DNA from: Catajapyx aquilonaris
Lineage: Eukaryota
Direction of reading: 5' to 3'
Length of the DNA stretch: 54,912 nt
Assembly (NCBI GenBank): GCA_000934665.2
Contig: JYFJ02002554.1
Span: 1 to 54,912, forward strand
Program-made: the position numbers and the translations under genes
Notes under the pieces: model-generated
Told to the model about the DNA's origin: nothing
Databases searched by the model: none
The model's input: only the letters and a program-made list of their open reading frames with translations
Shown: piece after piece, positions 12,663 through 25,218 of the stretch
Layout of the letters: each line of letters begins with the position of its first letter
Position numbering within the stretch: the first letter of the stretch is position 1

Positions 12663-12894
12663 GGGTCCAGAGGCAGGATGACTGGGAGGGGATGTGCAAG
12701 GTGCGAGTGCAGTGTCGGTATTTGGTCATTTTGTGAACTCCCCCAGGTGGATTAGACTAGTGGAGATTCCACCCAAGACTAAGCCAGAGACAACCCAACC
12801 CTGCACGATATGAAGGGGTGAGGGGAATAGGATTGAACCCCGGGACCCTTCCAGCCGTAGGTGCACACGTTTCCGCTGCGCCACTCTGCTTCCT
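12663..12894 (-). mobile_element. tRNA-derived SINE, family A
   Basis: The reverse complement matches the copies at 7512 and 31207 (B box ggggttcaatcct; body gggagttcacaaaatgacc..gcacatcccctccc). Confidence 0.85.
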
Positions 12895-14808
12895 GAAATT
12901 TTTGCACTATAACTAGTACAGTTGACTCCAGATGCGAGACTTCAAGGGACCGCGAAAATCAAGCTCTTATAACCGAGGTTTCCTATATCCAAATACACAG
13001 GCCATACATGGATGTGTGCCAGGACCAGCCTTTTGAGTCGCCTAGAACCGAGGGTTGCTTATAACTGCAGCTGTTATATCTGGAGTCAAGTGTACTATGC
13101 CATAAAGTGAACACGCATGTATGATTTATCACGTACAGCGTGAGATGCTGAACTGGTACCCAATTTGTACCAGGTACCTGGGTTTTCCTGGCCTTAATTG
13201 GTGGTATGAAATTAAGGCATTGCAAGTGGTGCCATTTGAAGGTGAATGCAGGCCTTGAATGCTTCTTATCAGCCTCACAGATCATGTGAACAGATTGGGC
13301 ACCCTCTGGCTAGGACTGGCCAAGGCCACTTCGCAATGGTATGAACAGCCCCAATGGTTTTCAAATTCTTTTCCGTCTAACCTCATGGAGTCAGAAATTT
13401 TTTAAAAAATTGAACAAACGAAACTTTAGAAAACCTGAAAAAAGCCACACCCACCCCCTTAAAAAAAAATGCAACAGAAGGAATATTTTCTGCCTCAGAG
13501 CCCGACATGATGACACGTACAAATTTGGGTGCAGTTTTGGCTCTCGAAATTTTAGGGCTTGGGGTGAGAAGAGTTTATGTTCCACAAATTAAGATGAAAA
13601 TTTTTAACTGAAAATTTTTACTTGATTTCCCCCAACCCTAAAGATAGCAAGAATTTTTGGGACTGTCATGTATTGGACTTTTGAAAATACAGCCATAAAA
13701 AATATGTATGGGCTGTAGGTCGGAATGGAAGCAAAGGAGCGTCACAATTGCACCCTATTTTTTTCTCTAATTAGCTGTGCTAATTAGTTGGTTTTTTTAA
13801 AGTCTGAAAATAGAAGCTGGGAACTTGGACAGAATAGAAGAACCACTTTGAAAACAAATAACCTTAAACCATTGAAAAATATTTGTAAAAAAAAAATAGT
13901 AAAAAATAATTTTTCGGATAAATCATGAGTTAGATGGTGGGAAACCTTTGGTTTTTAAAACTTTTTTTTTTGTGGTGGTGAATTTGACTGATCCCAGATT
14001 GTGCCTGGTTGAGCCCCTTCCCAATCATTAGAAATGCATTCTTGTAAGAACAGAAATGGACAGGTATTTTTTTCCCCCTTGGCAGATTGTAGTGGGTGAA
14101 ATTGTTTTTAAGAAAAAGGGAAGTAAACATGGGTTAAGTGTAGTTCCTACTTTTCTTTGAAACCTTTCCTTTCTCTCCCCATAAAAAAAATGCAACAAAT
14201 CAGTCAATTTTTTATGCTGCCAAATTATCTATTTATACATTGTACATATCCACACCCTGGGAGGGGAGAACTTTTTATTACTTTAAATTATGTTGCTTCC
14301 ATTTTTCTTGCTTTACATGCATGCAAAGCATTTAGGTACGTTTACCAGTTATCATTTGAAATGTAGGGGTAGTTTCCGTGTTTGGAATCATTGGGTAACA
14401 AGATTTTATTGTAACCTGCTCAGCAATGCATTTAAGCATCGACTGAGTGAAGGTAACAAAAGTGGACAATATTTTGTAAAAAAAAAAAAAAAAAAGTGGA
14501 AACAAACACTACTACGGTAGGTGTGCTCACTTCGAATGCAAGGTACTATGTCAGAAATAAATATGACATAAAACGCAAAAATTCCTTTATTTGTGTTGTA
14601 CACCATGGTTCACAACATCATCTCGTAAAGGAAAAAAGTAGTGCATGGCTGTCTTTTCATGATAATTCTGATTTCTTAAAATGGGATTTCAACAGTTTAC
14701 TGTTTAACAGTTACTGTTCATTCTTTTGCCTCCATGATTATGAATCCTTCCTCGTGTTTTAGCTGGTACTTTCACCGTGCAACGTTGGTTAGCAACTTTA
14801 GCCAGAAA

Positions 14809-17800
14809 TTACTTCAGGCACCTCTCAAAGTAAACTGATCCTACATAGCCACCTCTCATAGCCTTTTGGACATTCTGTTCGAAGAGCCTTCGGTTGTTTT
14901 GTAGGACCTCAGCCGCTTCCTTGTTCAGTGGGTCTTCTGGGTTCGGTTCCTAGTTTTGGTAAGAAAAGTATTAAAGAAAGGTATTTGCACTCACATCACA
15001 ACATTTCTCTAAATACATGTGGTCAACTGGACAGTGGAAAGTTGGATGAAACACTACCCATTTGCAAATGAAGGGGTGTAAGCAAAAAAATCTGTACAAT
15101 TGTGCAGCGTGAAGAAATTATCTTGGACAATCGCCAGGTATATACTATACTCGCTCTAAGGATAACTTTTGGGGCGGGGCGAGTACCTCCCCTTCCCCTT
15201 AAAGTGTAGAGTGCCAGATGGTAGCATATGAGATAAACAACGACAAAGTGCATGGGTATCACACCTGGATTCGTACTCAGGTGGGATTTGAATCTCCTAT
15301 TGCACATGGACCAAGGCCAGATAATTCGGAGGTCCTAGAGCTGACTTTTGCTTCTTTGAAACTGGCGGAGCAGATGTGACGCCCCACAAAACTTTAAAGG
15401 CACCGTACACTTTAACTACGCAATGGCGCCCACAACTAATTGCACATCCCTATATTAGTTTTGCGAGTACTGTCAGTCTACCTGGTAATTGACCACGAGA
15501 GTTTCTTCACCACATGTACAGTGTACAATGGTGTATACATATAGTAGTGGCAACACTGTCAGGAAATGCAGCTGGTAACTGAAGTGTTTCTGCTAACAGG
15601 TCAAGATGCTAGATGCATTCACAGTATGTTCTCAGAAGTCAATCTCTAATTCTAACAAATGCTCTCAAGGTCAATGTCTCAGTGTGTCATGGCCTAAAGT
15701 ATGTTAACAAAATTTGATCCAGGTTGCATGAGGTAAATCTGCAATTGTGGCCTTTGGGAAGCCTATGGTCACAATCCCTTCTGTACAGTGCTGGCCATAT
15801 TTCGAGGCAACCGCCAGCGACATTTTTCCGAAGCAGCAGAAGAAGGAATCTTGCTCGCCCGGCTTGTAGCATGCTTATCTTCGATTCCTTCTTCTGCCGC
15901 TTCGGAAAAATGTCGCTGGCGGTTGCCTCGATATATGGCCAGCACTGGAATGTTGGAAGGAGGGTTGGTGCCTGTGTGAGGTTCTTCAAGCGGTAGACTG
16001 GATCTTCACTCATATCAATAAGAAACACACTGCGGACAGAATCCAGCGTCTCCCACAAGTTTGGAAAACTGTACGGAAAATGGTTGAAGATTACATAATT
16101 ATTGTACAGACCTAGTTCAGTAATCTGCTTGGTACACATTGCCATTACTCTACTTACAGCCTTCGTGTACCCTTGAAATTAAATGAGCTTGATGAATGCT
16201 GTGTTTAGATTTGTGCAAAAATTAACAGAATTAAAATACCAGCGTATTTTGAAATTAATTTCATCTGTTGACCACTCCAGAGCTGCACATTTTTCTTAAT
16301 TATTTTCATAGTGGTAATTTTTCTCCTCTTTTCACCACTTCAATTGACCACACAAATACATTTATAAGGGTCATTAGAATGAAAACAAGCAGTCATAACA
16401 AACATCAGATTAGGTTTCTCGTGGCATCATCTTCACAAAATGAAGGTGGTACCGCTGTAGTGTTATGTCGCACTGACAGGCAGCTCTTCAGTCACAATTA
16501 TACAGTGGCAGTGCGCCTTGTTCAGGACACCCCACCAAAAAGAGTGTCCATTTAAGATGAAAGCTGTGAGCGGTAATCAATTTCTTAACCGCAGAAGGAG
16601 TTGGGAGTCGAGAAATCCATCGCCTCATGTACTGCATGTCCCTTTCAAGATTGCTGTTCCAGGGTAAGCAAACCCTTTAGTCACTGATGTTTCCATAGTG
16701 GAAGTTGACAGCCTCACTTCAGAAGGCAGAAAAATCATGGTGGATGCTAGGATGCACTCTCCAAAAATGCTGGAATCAGTATTGAGTGTGTGCACACCAT
16801 TATCTGGGATTGTCTGCAGTACTGGAAGATTTGGCCTGTGTGAAAGACATTTGCATGGGTATGCCCTGCTGCAGTATCATAACGAAGGTCACTGTCATCC
16901 ACAGAATCATTACAGGAAATGAAACATGGTACTTTACATTGTTAAAAACCTGATTACTGCTCGCTGCTCAGCGTTTGTTGCTTCCATCCTGACAGGACAG
17001 TCTTTTTGATGGGGTGTCCTGAACATGGGACACTGTCTCTGTGTCATGCAATCATATCAAAATATGTCAGTGTGTCATAAGATACACTGGTACCACCTTT
17101 GTTTTGTGTAGAAGATTCTGCAAGTAATCCATTAGGAAGTTTAGAGCCATGACCTTGGCTAGTTTTCATTTGAATCTCACCTCTCCCTATTTGAAACCGA
17201 CAACCACAACTTCCAAAAACAAGCACTCTAAGGTGCATGTGTCAAGAAGTAAGTGGGAAACATTTTGATTACAACATCCTTGCATGTACAGCTGTACTAA
17301 CATATAAGGATTGTAGAAACCCTTCTGCATTAGAATTCAGACACCTTGAAAATTGGCAGCGGAGTATGGGAAAAAATGCCCTCCTGTTCATAAAAGTGGA
17401 GGCTTATCACAGCAACAGTGGTGGAAAATGTTCAGACACCATGCGCGCCAAGTCATATTGTTCTGACAGATCTTCCATATTCCCAGCACAATTGTGCATA
17501 CCTTACCCGAGATTGTTTGGAGGTCTGGTCCGGCACAAATGCCTACACTTTTGTTGTCACTCTTGTTCAATCATGGGTAGCAGAAGGTCGATTGTTAAGG
17601 ATCAGGGCAAGGCAATTGTGAGAGCCCCTAAAGGGAAGTCTGTAGGTGTTATTGCATGCGACTTCAATGTGTCACACTCCACTGTGTGGAACCTTCGTAG
17701 CCCACAGATTTGGTCCACTGTCTCATTCAGCAATGAATCCAGCTTTGAGCTAAACCCTGGGACCTCTGCCATTTATTTGATGGGACTGAGGAAATGGTTC

Positions 17801-20389
17801 TTAGATGCAGGAGCAACATGACCCAGAAATTGGCAACAAATAAGCTGCTGAAGTAGTGCTGTCTGAACAATATGACTTGGCGTGCGCAGTATCCGAACAT
17901 TTATGCATAGTTGCATGCAGTTTCCCCTACCAATAACCTTTGACCCCAGTGTGTGTAAAGTATCATGGTTAGTGTCATTGCAGCTCTAAATGTCCCTATG
18001 TGAATTTCCACCCCTTTTGCTGCAATAAACCTCCACTTTTGAGTATATAACCCCCTGAAACATGCAAACTTGATGGCCTCCTAGGCACACTTATTTTCAG
18101 GCACCAAATACTATCATCAACAAAAGGTGACACAATGCAACACTGGCAATGCATAAAGAATTTTTATAATTCCAGATAAGATATGGTAGGACACGTGGAT
18201 AGCAAATGTTTGGTCCAATAATAAGCACATTTATTTATTTACTATGCATCTACCTTTTGTTCACAATAGTTGGGTGTATGCAAGACTACAGCACCATCTC
18301 AACCAAGGTTCCTCTTATAATGTTGATAACAGAAAAAAATACATCAAAGGTGTCGGTGGAACTTACCAGGAAAAGGTACTGCAACCCATACACTATCGAG
18401 TTGATGGTCAGAACCGGCTTCCAGTCCTCCCTCAGGATGTTCAGGCAAACGTTACCTTCCAGGTCTATGTTTGGGTGATACACAGGGGTCTCACACTTCA
18501 CCTTTGGGGGTTCATGCGGGTAGTTTGGACCCACGCGGAAGTTGAACACGAAGCGACCACCACGGTAAAACCCCTTCATATGGGAAGAAGCACAAGTCAG
18601 ATTATTGTGTGCAAATTTACAGAGTTCACACTCACCTCGTCGGGAGATGCAATCAACTTGAAGTTGAGGAGATCATCAGGATCTGGAAACTCGGTTACAC
18701 AAGTCTTTGGCAGGTTCAACTCATTTATGTCTGCAAAGGAAGAAAAAAAGACGTGTCAGTACAGCAAACAGGTGCAAAGTAGGTCATATTGCCCTGATTA
18801 TTTGTTGCTGCTTAATAACAATCAGGTAATTGTTGAAATCAAAGTTTTAACATTATGTCTGCATACATAACTATTCCCCTCATTATCAGACCACAGGAAA
18901 AATAATTTGGTCACTACAAGGATGATAAAAATTGCAAACTTGCTTTTTCCACTGAATCACTTAAAAATTGACATCTTTTAAAACTTAATATGGTTTATTG
19001 TTTTGCTTGCTCATTTACACATGGTTTTATTGGTAACCAGTTCAAGTGCTTGAATCAGACTTTTGTATGGTATACAGTAAAACCTTGATACAGTATAGGC
19101 GTGATAACGAGGTTTTACTGTATACCAGTAATTATTCAATGCAATGGTATTCATACAGTTTTGGTATTAATTGAGTTGTCTCAATTTTTGAAATACATAG
19201 TGGGTCATTCATTAAAAAGAAAGCTTCATATCATTTCATATGACAATAAAGATCTCAATGTTTGCTTTTTTCCCCTGTCCCCCAAATTGGTGTGTGTAAG
19301 TTGTTCTTACTAATGCCACATAAAAAAGTGAAACTGGGTTTTGTTCTATAGATTATTGGGGTTTTACATGAATCTGCATTTCAAATTCTCAAATTTTTCT
19401 ATTTCTTACACTTTCAAATCACTACAGGAGGTACAAGGAAGGATTGATTACTTTTATTTTTAAAGCAATTGTGACTGACTTTTTGATTTGCCAAATGCTC
19501 ACTGAAAGATAATATATTTAATGAAATGAATGATTTTGCAACACTGCTCACAGGTCAAAATGGGCATAACACAACTGGAGGAGAACATTGGACATTAGTT
19601 TAAGTTGTAATTAACTAGCTATCTGTAAGAAATCAGTCCCAATCTATAATTTCAGGAAAAATTCAAATTCAAATGATCCTTCCTTGCCCCTCCTGTTGTA
19701 GTTTTAAATTACAAATTGAGAACTTGAAATTTTGCAAAACCCAAATCAACACAACAAATCTGAGTTTCACTTTTTTCATCTGTCACTTACAGTAACAGTT
19801 CAACATGATGTCAAATTACTTGACATAGAAATAGAGAGGCTGCTGGAATCCCCATATGTTAATCAAGTTGCTGTGACACACGAACTCTACAGGGTGTCCC
19901 AAAAGTCAGAACACATCAGCAATTGCATTGATGGTTGCCAGGTAGACAGTTGTAATACAATACAATCTCTATGTGCTGACTTTTGGGTCACCCTGTAAAT
20001 AAAGCTCGACACTGTACATGTCCTAGGTGGGTTGTGAAGTCTATACCAGCTCTCAATATTTCAAATCTAAATTACAGCTGATTTCTAATGTAGCACCCAA
20101 TACAGCTAGGTTTTCATCGTTTTAACCACACACTAATCGTACCATACGTGCAATCAGTGCTTTTGATTGCTTCCTCTCATCCAAAAATCAGGTGACAATA
20201 AATAATAACATTCAAGCATGACCCACAACAGTGCCCACAACATATCTGATTGCCCTCACCCCTAGCAACAACATGACCCATACCTTTTGTGATGCGCAGC
20301 TGAGCAGGGCTGGCCTTCTTCTGATTGCTACTGGACGGTGTGGCCTCCCCATCCTTTTTCTGCTGCTTCAATGAAAACAGCTTTATCAT
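14809..20389 (-). CDS. UBE2M: NEDD8-conjugating enzyme Ubc12, complete, 182 aa
   Basis: Exons (minus strand) 20389-20284, 18730-18636, 18573-18367, 14949-14809; GT-AG introns; 549 nt total. N-terminus [27 protein letters not shown], catalytic [20 protein letters not shown]-terminus [20 protein letters not shown]. Confidence 0.97.
15525..16168 (+). mobile_element. Internally deleted mariner remnant carrying the 162-bp MITE (15786-15947)
   Basis: Plus-strand peptide [40 protein letters not shown] (15978-16097) matches the mariner C-terminal pattern (I.RLP..W.KV....GDY). Degenerate TIRs agtagtggcaa / ttgccattact. Confidence 0.65.
16368..17182. mobile_element. Degenerate fold-back element with a nested MITE (about 16503-17041)
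   Basis: Inner TIRs tgttcaggacaccccaccaaaaaga / tctttttgatggggtgtcctgaaca. Outer arms aaggtggtacc..gtgttatgtcgcactgaca / tgtcagtgtgtcataagatacactggtaccacctt. Confidence 0.6.
17426..17902 (+). mobile_element. Internally deleted Tc1-like element
   Basis: TIRs aatgttcagacaccatgcgcgccaagtcatattgttc / gaacaatatgacttggcgtgcgcagtatccgaacatt. Peptide has an HTH-like segment ([19 protein letters not shown]) joined to [14 protein letters not shown], a degenerate W..V.FSDES.F motif. Confidence 0.75.
19890..19995. mobile_element. Mini Tc1/mariner-type MITE
   Basis: TA-flanked TIRs cagggtgtcccaaaagtcagaacacat / atgtgctgacttttgggtcaccctg. Confidence 0.7.
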
Positions 20390-21034
20390 TTTCTCAATTG
20401 CCTGGACTTATCCAACGCGCCCCGCAATATTAACGCACTATAGTTAAAGCCAGTCCCATGTACTAGCTCGAGGGAAGAAACTGTACTGTGGCCGCCCCGG
20501 TGCTGGCTCAAGGGCAGTGAATGAAATTTAAATTGCAAAACGTACAATTTTTAAGTATTGTTTCCGAGACAAAAATTATACTTGAAAATTATGACTCCCA
20601 GTTCGAGGAAAGTGTTTGGATTAGTTGCTCAGTGATGGTGCAATAAAGGGACAGGGTATGCAACTGGACAATATAGGTATAAGTAGGACGGGTTATGGGA
20701 CCCAGGCATGTGATGGGAAAGGTCAGTGTCAATGGTCAAGTTTTATCACTCGGTTAGGTTTGGGTCAAATTACCATTGCAGGGGCGGTAGGACGGGCAAA
20801 GGACCAGGAGGGGGGGCTGGCTGGCTCAGCTTGCTTGGGAATCAAGCTCGGAGCTAGTAGATGGCGCCACTGGCTCCGTAAACGCAGGCTCCAGCCAAAT
20901 TTTCTCATTGGTTGGATTACCTTTGTAGGCGTAGCCTGCAAATCAAAGCATACTTTGCCTATACCTTTTTTCTTATAGGGAGCTGCAAATTCTCTATTAT
21001 TTCTAACAAATTAATCCATTGGGCAGAACATTTA

Positions 21035-21412
21035 CCAATATACTACAGAAATTTAAAATTAGTCTTTTGAAGCATTAGACACCCATGATTTGATCGGCAC
21101 AATTAATATCTTAAAAAATTAACCATCTGATGTAGTAACATATTTGTGATAAATATTTTCTCCCAAAATAGGGACCAGTGGAAGAGCCATATGGTATACT
21201 ATACATATGGTGAAAATTTCCCAATAAACTACAGAAATGTTAAATTAGTCTTTTGAAGAATTAGATCGTGCATTAGACAACCCATGGTTTGATCGGCACA
21301 ATAGTTGTCCACACTTAATATTTTTTTTTAAATTAACCATCTGCGGCAATAACAGATTTGTGATAAATATTTTTTTCTTCCCAAATATGGATCAGTGGAA
21401 GAGCTATGGTGT
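21035..21412 (+). repeat. Diverged tandem duplication, period about 185 bp
   Basis: 21035-21197 and 21221-21412 share actacagaaat..aaattagtcttttgaag..tttgatcggcacaat..aaattaaccatctg..ttgtgataaatatttt..cagtggaagagc. Confidence 0.8.
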
Positions 21413-21416
21413 AGCT

Positions 21417-21600
21417 GTCGGTAAAGGGATTTACTTAACACAGGAGGCGAAGAAATTAGCCTCCAACAGAGGTACTACATCCCCCTGATGCAATGACTCG
21501 CACTCCCCTAGCTAGCACCTCTGTTGGAGGCTAATAACTCGCCTCACGTGGTAAGGAAATCCTTTAACCGACTGCGTCCACATCTTTATGCTCGCGACTG
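21417..21600. mobile_element. Palindromic MITE, left end truncated; terminus shared with the mini element at 37874-37948
   Basis: Arms gtcggtaaagggattt..attagcctccaacagaggt / acctctgttggaggctaat..aaatcctttaaccgac. Right end gtccacatctttatgctcgcgactg|ta. Confidence 0.7.
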
Positions 21601-21634
21601 TACATTTAACCTGCCTCGTTTATCTTAAAGATAA

Positions 21635-22488
21635 CACTGTTCTACCAAATTACGCTTTTTTTCTATTTTCTGTAGATGTGAATAGTGATTCCTATTGTAA
21701 TTTCTGCGTTGAATCCGAATATCTGCTCAGAAGGTTTCTGTCAGCAGTTTTTGAGATATATCGTTTTAAAGTTTGGAGCGGTTTACTAGGGGTCTTTCCG
21801 AATCCAGTGGGCCTAAATGTTGCTAGACTGTCTCGGATATTGGTGAACGTAATCGCAGATGTACTCATTTATTCCTTAATGCCGCTTCTAAAATTTCAGC
21901 CACATTGCTCAATACCATGATGAGGGGAAATATCGCAAAAATCTGGAAATTGCTGAAAATGAGGTCTCTTTTGGAGATTTTTTTTCGGTTAGTGGAAGTG
22001 GTCAAAACCCAATGAACATATGTATCAAAAGAAAGGGAAACACCAGGAAAATGCGTCTATGAAATTAGTTTTCCTCTATAATGTAAAAATAAATTTTATA
22101 GCATTTTATTGATCACTTGCTCAGTCACATTCCCTTGAATCCTGCGATTATTTTCACCAAGATCCGAGACTCCGGTCTAGCAACATTTAGGGCCAGTTTC
22201 ACCGAGCCCGGTTTTGATAAAACCCCTGTTCTTTCGGAAAATCCCTATTCCATTTGCAGGAATTTTCCGAAAGAACCGGGGTTTTTATGAAAACCGGACT
22301 TGGTGAAACCGGCCATTAGTCCCACTGGACTCGGAAAGACCCCTAGTAAACCGTTCAAAGTTTTAATATAACTTATCTCAAAAACTGCGCCTTACAGCAC
22401 AATTCCAATTAAAGATTTGTAATCAGCGGAGAAAACACTTATTGAAACACATATAATAACCCGAAAAAAATATCCTTGTCGAACAGTG
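21635..22488. mobile_element. Tc1-type MITE with long arms and a nested 126-bp Harbinger-like palindrome (22190-22315, TTA TSD)
   Basis: Ends cactgttc../..gaacagtg|ta. Arms ggtttactaggggtctttccga.tccagtggg / cccactgga.tcggaaagacccctagtaaacc. The insert interrupts only the right arm and duplicates TTA. Confidence 0.8.
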
Positions 22489-22854
22489 TAATTAACCCTG
22501 GAAAGGTGCCGTGGGGTCTTGTTGGACCCCAAAGGAATTAAAATGCATTAAAATGATAATTACAATGAACTTTTGCCATTTGTTTACAGTACCGTATATA
22601 TAACAGGAAGTGCATGTTTATTTTGAATTAGCGATCATTTTAGGCATTGTTCAAAGAATGATTGTATATAGTCAATACATTGAAAAGTATTATATAATAA
22701 TGAATAAAAATTAAAATATGATGGGATCCGTAATACTTTCAGGCACGGCATGGTTCCCCAGTTACCTGCTCTATTACTAACACTACATGTTAATAGTCCT
22801 TTAAATTTTAGTGGTTGAAACTTGGAATTTACCGAGGTTACCGAGCGTCTAAAA

Positions 22855-22963
22855 TTCCCGCCCGATCCCTCACTTTGCTATATGACGTCACCAAACAGTG
22901 ACGTCATGACATAGGGGGCATGTTAGTATGACGTCAGTCGGAGTTGCATCATACTGGCGGAAA
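22855..22963 (+). promoter_or_regulatory. Motif cluster upstream of the putative eIF2-alpha first exon: 3 CRE, 1 C/EBP-ATF (CARE), 2 E2F-like
   Basis: TGACGTCA at 22883-22890, 22899-22906 and 22929-22936. GTTGCATCAT (reverse complement ATGATGCAAC) at 22943-22952. TTCCCGCC at 22855-22862 and TGGCGGAAA at 22955-22963. Function is inferred. Confidence 0.5.
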
Positions 22964-23059
22964 CTGTTATATTTAAATCCCGATCATCACAAAATGCATA
23001 AATGGCAGTGTTATTGAGCTAAACGGTTAGGATAACAATGCATTGTGTTGCCAGTAGCG

Positions 23060-23200
23060 CCACCAATGACCCCCACGCCCACCGGCCGCCGCTCGTAGTC
23101 CGTGTCCCTGAAGGAAAAATGGCCACGTGCTAGGAGTTCACCAGTGTTTCATCATCTGTCACTGGATCACCATCGGACCCCTGCTTCTAGTAAAGTATTG
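23060..23200 (+). other. Putative non-coding first exon of eIF2-alpha (start approximate), with uORF MATC* at 23119-23133
   Basis: Local GC/CpG-rich patch, AAAATGGC motif, and donor ttg|gtaagg at 23200/23201. The strong acceptor ttttgcacag|g at 25730, 21 nt before the ATG, implies an upstream exon. Confidence 0.55.
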
Positions 23201-24886
23201 GTAAGGGTCGGTGTAGGACATATCCGCACTGCTTTTGGGACAGGCTAATCCGCTCCAACCATATTGAATCTCCCGATAATCAGTTAGCATAAGGTGCATT
23301 GTCTCATTACAATGCAATACACCTTATGCTCACTTTCACATATCTGAGCAAATTATGGTGCCCGTTTTGTTACACTGTACTTCCGATTATCCGTGCTAAT
23401 GAATGCACGGGTGTGGCCGGAAAACACGGATAATCCGAAAATGGTCCTAGATACCGTCAAAAATAGCTATTCAGACGTTTTTAATTAACTACTGTACACA
23501 CTGTATGCGCCTTTAAATAAGGCTTAATCAAAATAATTAAACTTACCCTAGATTTTAATAGGTCTTTTGGAAAATGTCTGTTATATTTCTTTGTTTGCGA
23601 GACATTGATATTTTTTTCGATCTTTCATTTCTACTCCTTTTTTTGGCGATGCAGATAATCCTAACCCGGATAATCGGGAGTGCAGTGTAATTTCTTAATC
23701 ATGGATTATAACTGGCCAAATAAATAGTCTGCCTTAGTTCAAACAATGGCTACATGGAAGTCTGCTCTCATTTGCAAGCCTTGCGTGAATCCTCTCATTA
23801 CCAGCTTCAACAGGTCAACAGTGACCAATATTTTTTCACTTACTACCTCTGGACAAATATCCTAATTAGCATCACCAGAATGCAAGTATAAATTCCTCAC
23901 CATCTTGTCTGGTATATCGTCCATGGTTGTTGATCCACTCTGATAAATCCTCCCAGGTAGACTCCTAAAACTGAAACCAAAACAACATTGTGAATTACTG
24001 ACTTTGCCAAAGACTACAAATATTTCTATTTCTTCTACCACTACCAAATGCTTGCAGCTGGCACAAACAATTTCCTAAGCCATATTTCTTTTTATCTGCG
24101 AGACAACTTGCTAAATTTATTTGCCAAAATCTTACCAGCAGACACAAGAGCGGTATATAATTTTTGTGTCCGTATACAGGGTATGTAGGTCGATATTAGT
24201 TATCGCTAACATCGCCTGAAGTGATTTTCTTGTAGTTTGTTGCGACCCAATCGAGGTGCCCAATAATATAGCAAATGCTATGTTTGATCACCTGGGAGCA
24301 TTTGAACACGGGGTGCAACAAGCTACAAAAAAATTATATTAGTGAGAACTGAAAATGACCTGCATACTCGGAACAATGTATAAGTGGCGACATATTTAAT
24401 TTATGAACTGATACCAGGTCGCATAATAAATTAACCAGGCAAATAATTACAATTAATATTAATATTAAATAACTAAACTATTAATCCATCAAGCCCAATT
24501 CATGAATAATGATAAGAGGACAGTGAAAGTGACAGGAAATAGTGGCTTTTTTGGTATAAAAGCATCAACTTATCTGAATCCCATCCCCTCCAGATCATTA
24601 CACCAAAAACCGACTGTGTATAATGTTTCTTATACATTTAAACTTTATCATAATCCCTTCATCCTCTATTGTACTTAACCTTTCATAGTATTATACACTA
24701 TAATGCTCAACAAATGGAGATGATTTTGCATTGCAACGAAATGCAAAATTGTCTCCATCATTTTGACCGACATAGTATACTTACAAGCCCTCCCAACAAT
24801 CTATGTTAGTGGGAAGGTAAACAAACATAATAATAACCAAAATATAGGATGAGCTAATCTGCAGGGTGATTTTTTAAAGCCATATA

Positions 24887-25218
24887 CAGTGCTGGACATA
24901 ATAGCCGTCGCTGAATGTTTTTTTCCAGCGGAGGCGGCGGCGGCGTTACCTGGCAACCCCGTCCGGCGGGCCAATTCAAACATCAGCCCATGGAGACTGC
25001 TTCCATTGTTGCCACTGTTTACAAATCGAGTGAGTGAGTGCGCAGGCAGAAGAGACCCGTCGCTGGGTCGTCCGCGTCACTCGTTCGATTTGTAAACAGT
25101 GGCAACAATGGAAGCGCTCTCCATGGGCTGATGTTTGAATTGGCCCGCCGGACAGGGTTGCCAGGCAATGCCGCCGCCGAAAAAAAACATTCAGCGACGG
25201 CTATTATGTCCAGCACTG
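24887..25218. mobile_element. 332-bp palindromic MITE, TA TSD
   Basis: Near-identical inverted arms of about 145 bp, ends CAGTGCTGGACATAATAG / CTATTATGTCCAGCACTG, TA on both sides. Confidence 0.92.

Noticed and set aside
11771..14808. Possible overlap of the convergent IPO7 and UBE2M 3' UTRs (first AATAAA I saw on + is at about 14556)
   Set aside because: A variant AATATA at about 12092 could end IPO7 much earlier. This cannot be decided without transcript data.
15687..16145. 152-aa minus-strand ORF in UBE2M intron 3 that stays open across a 162-bp MITE; considered as a nested gene or alternative last exon
   Set aside because: The opposite strand encodes a mariner C-terminus and the rest is MITE. 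The nearby acceptor phase does not match UBE2M exon 3.
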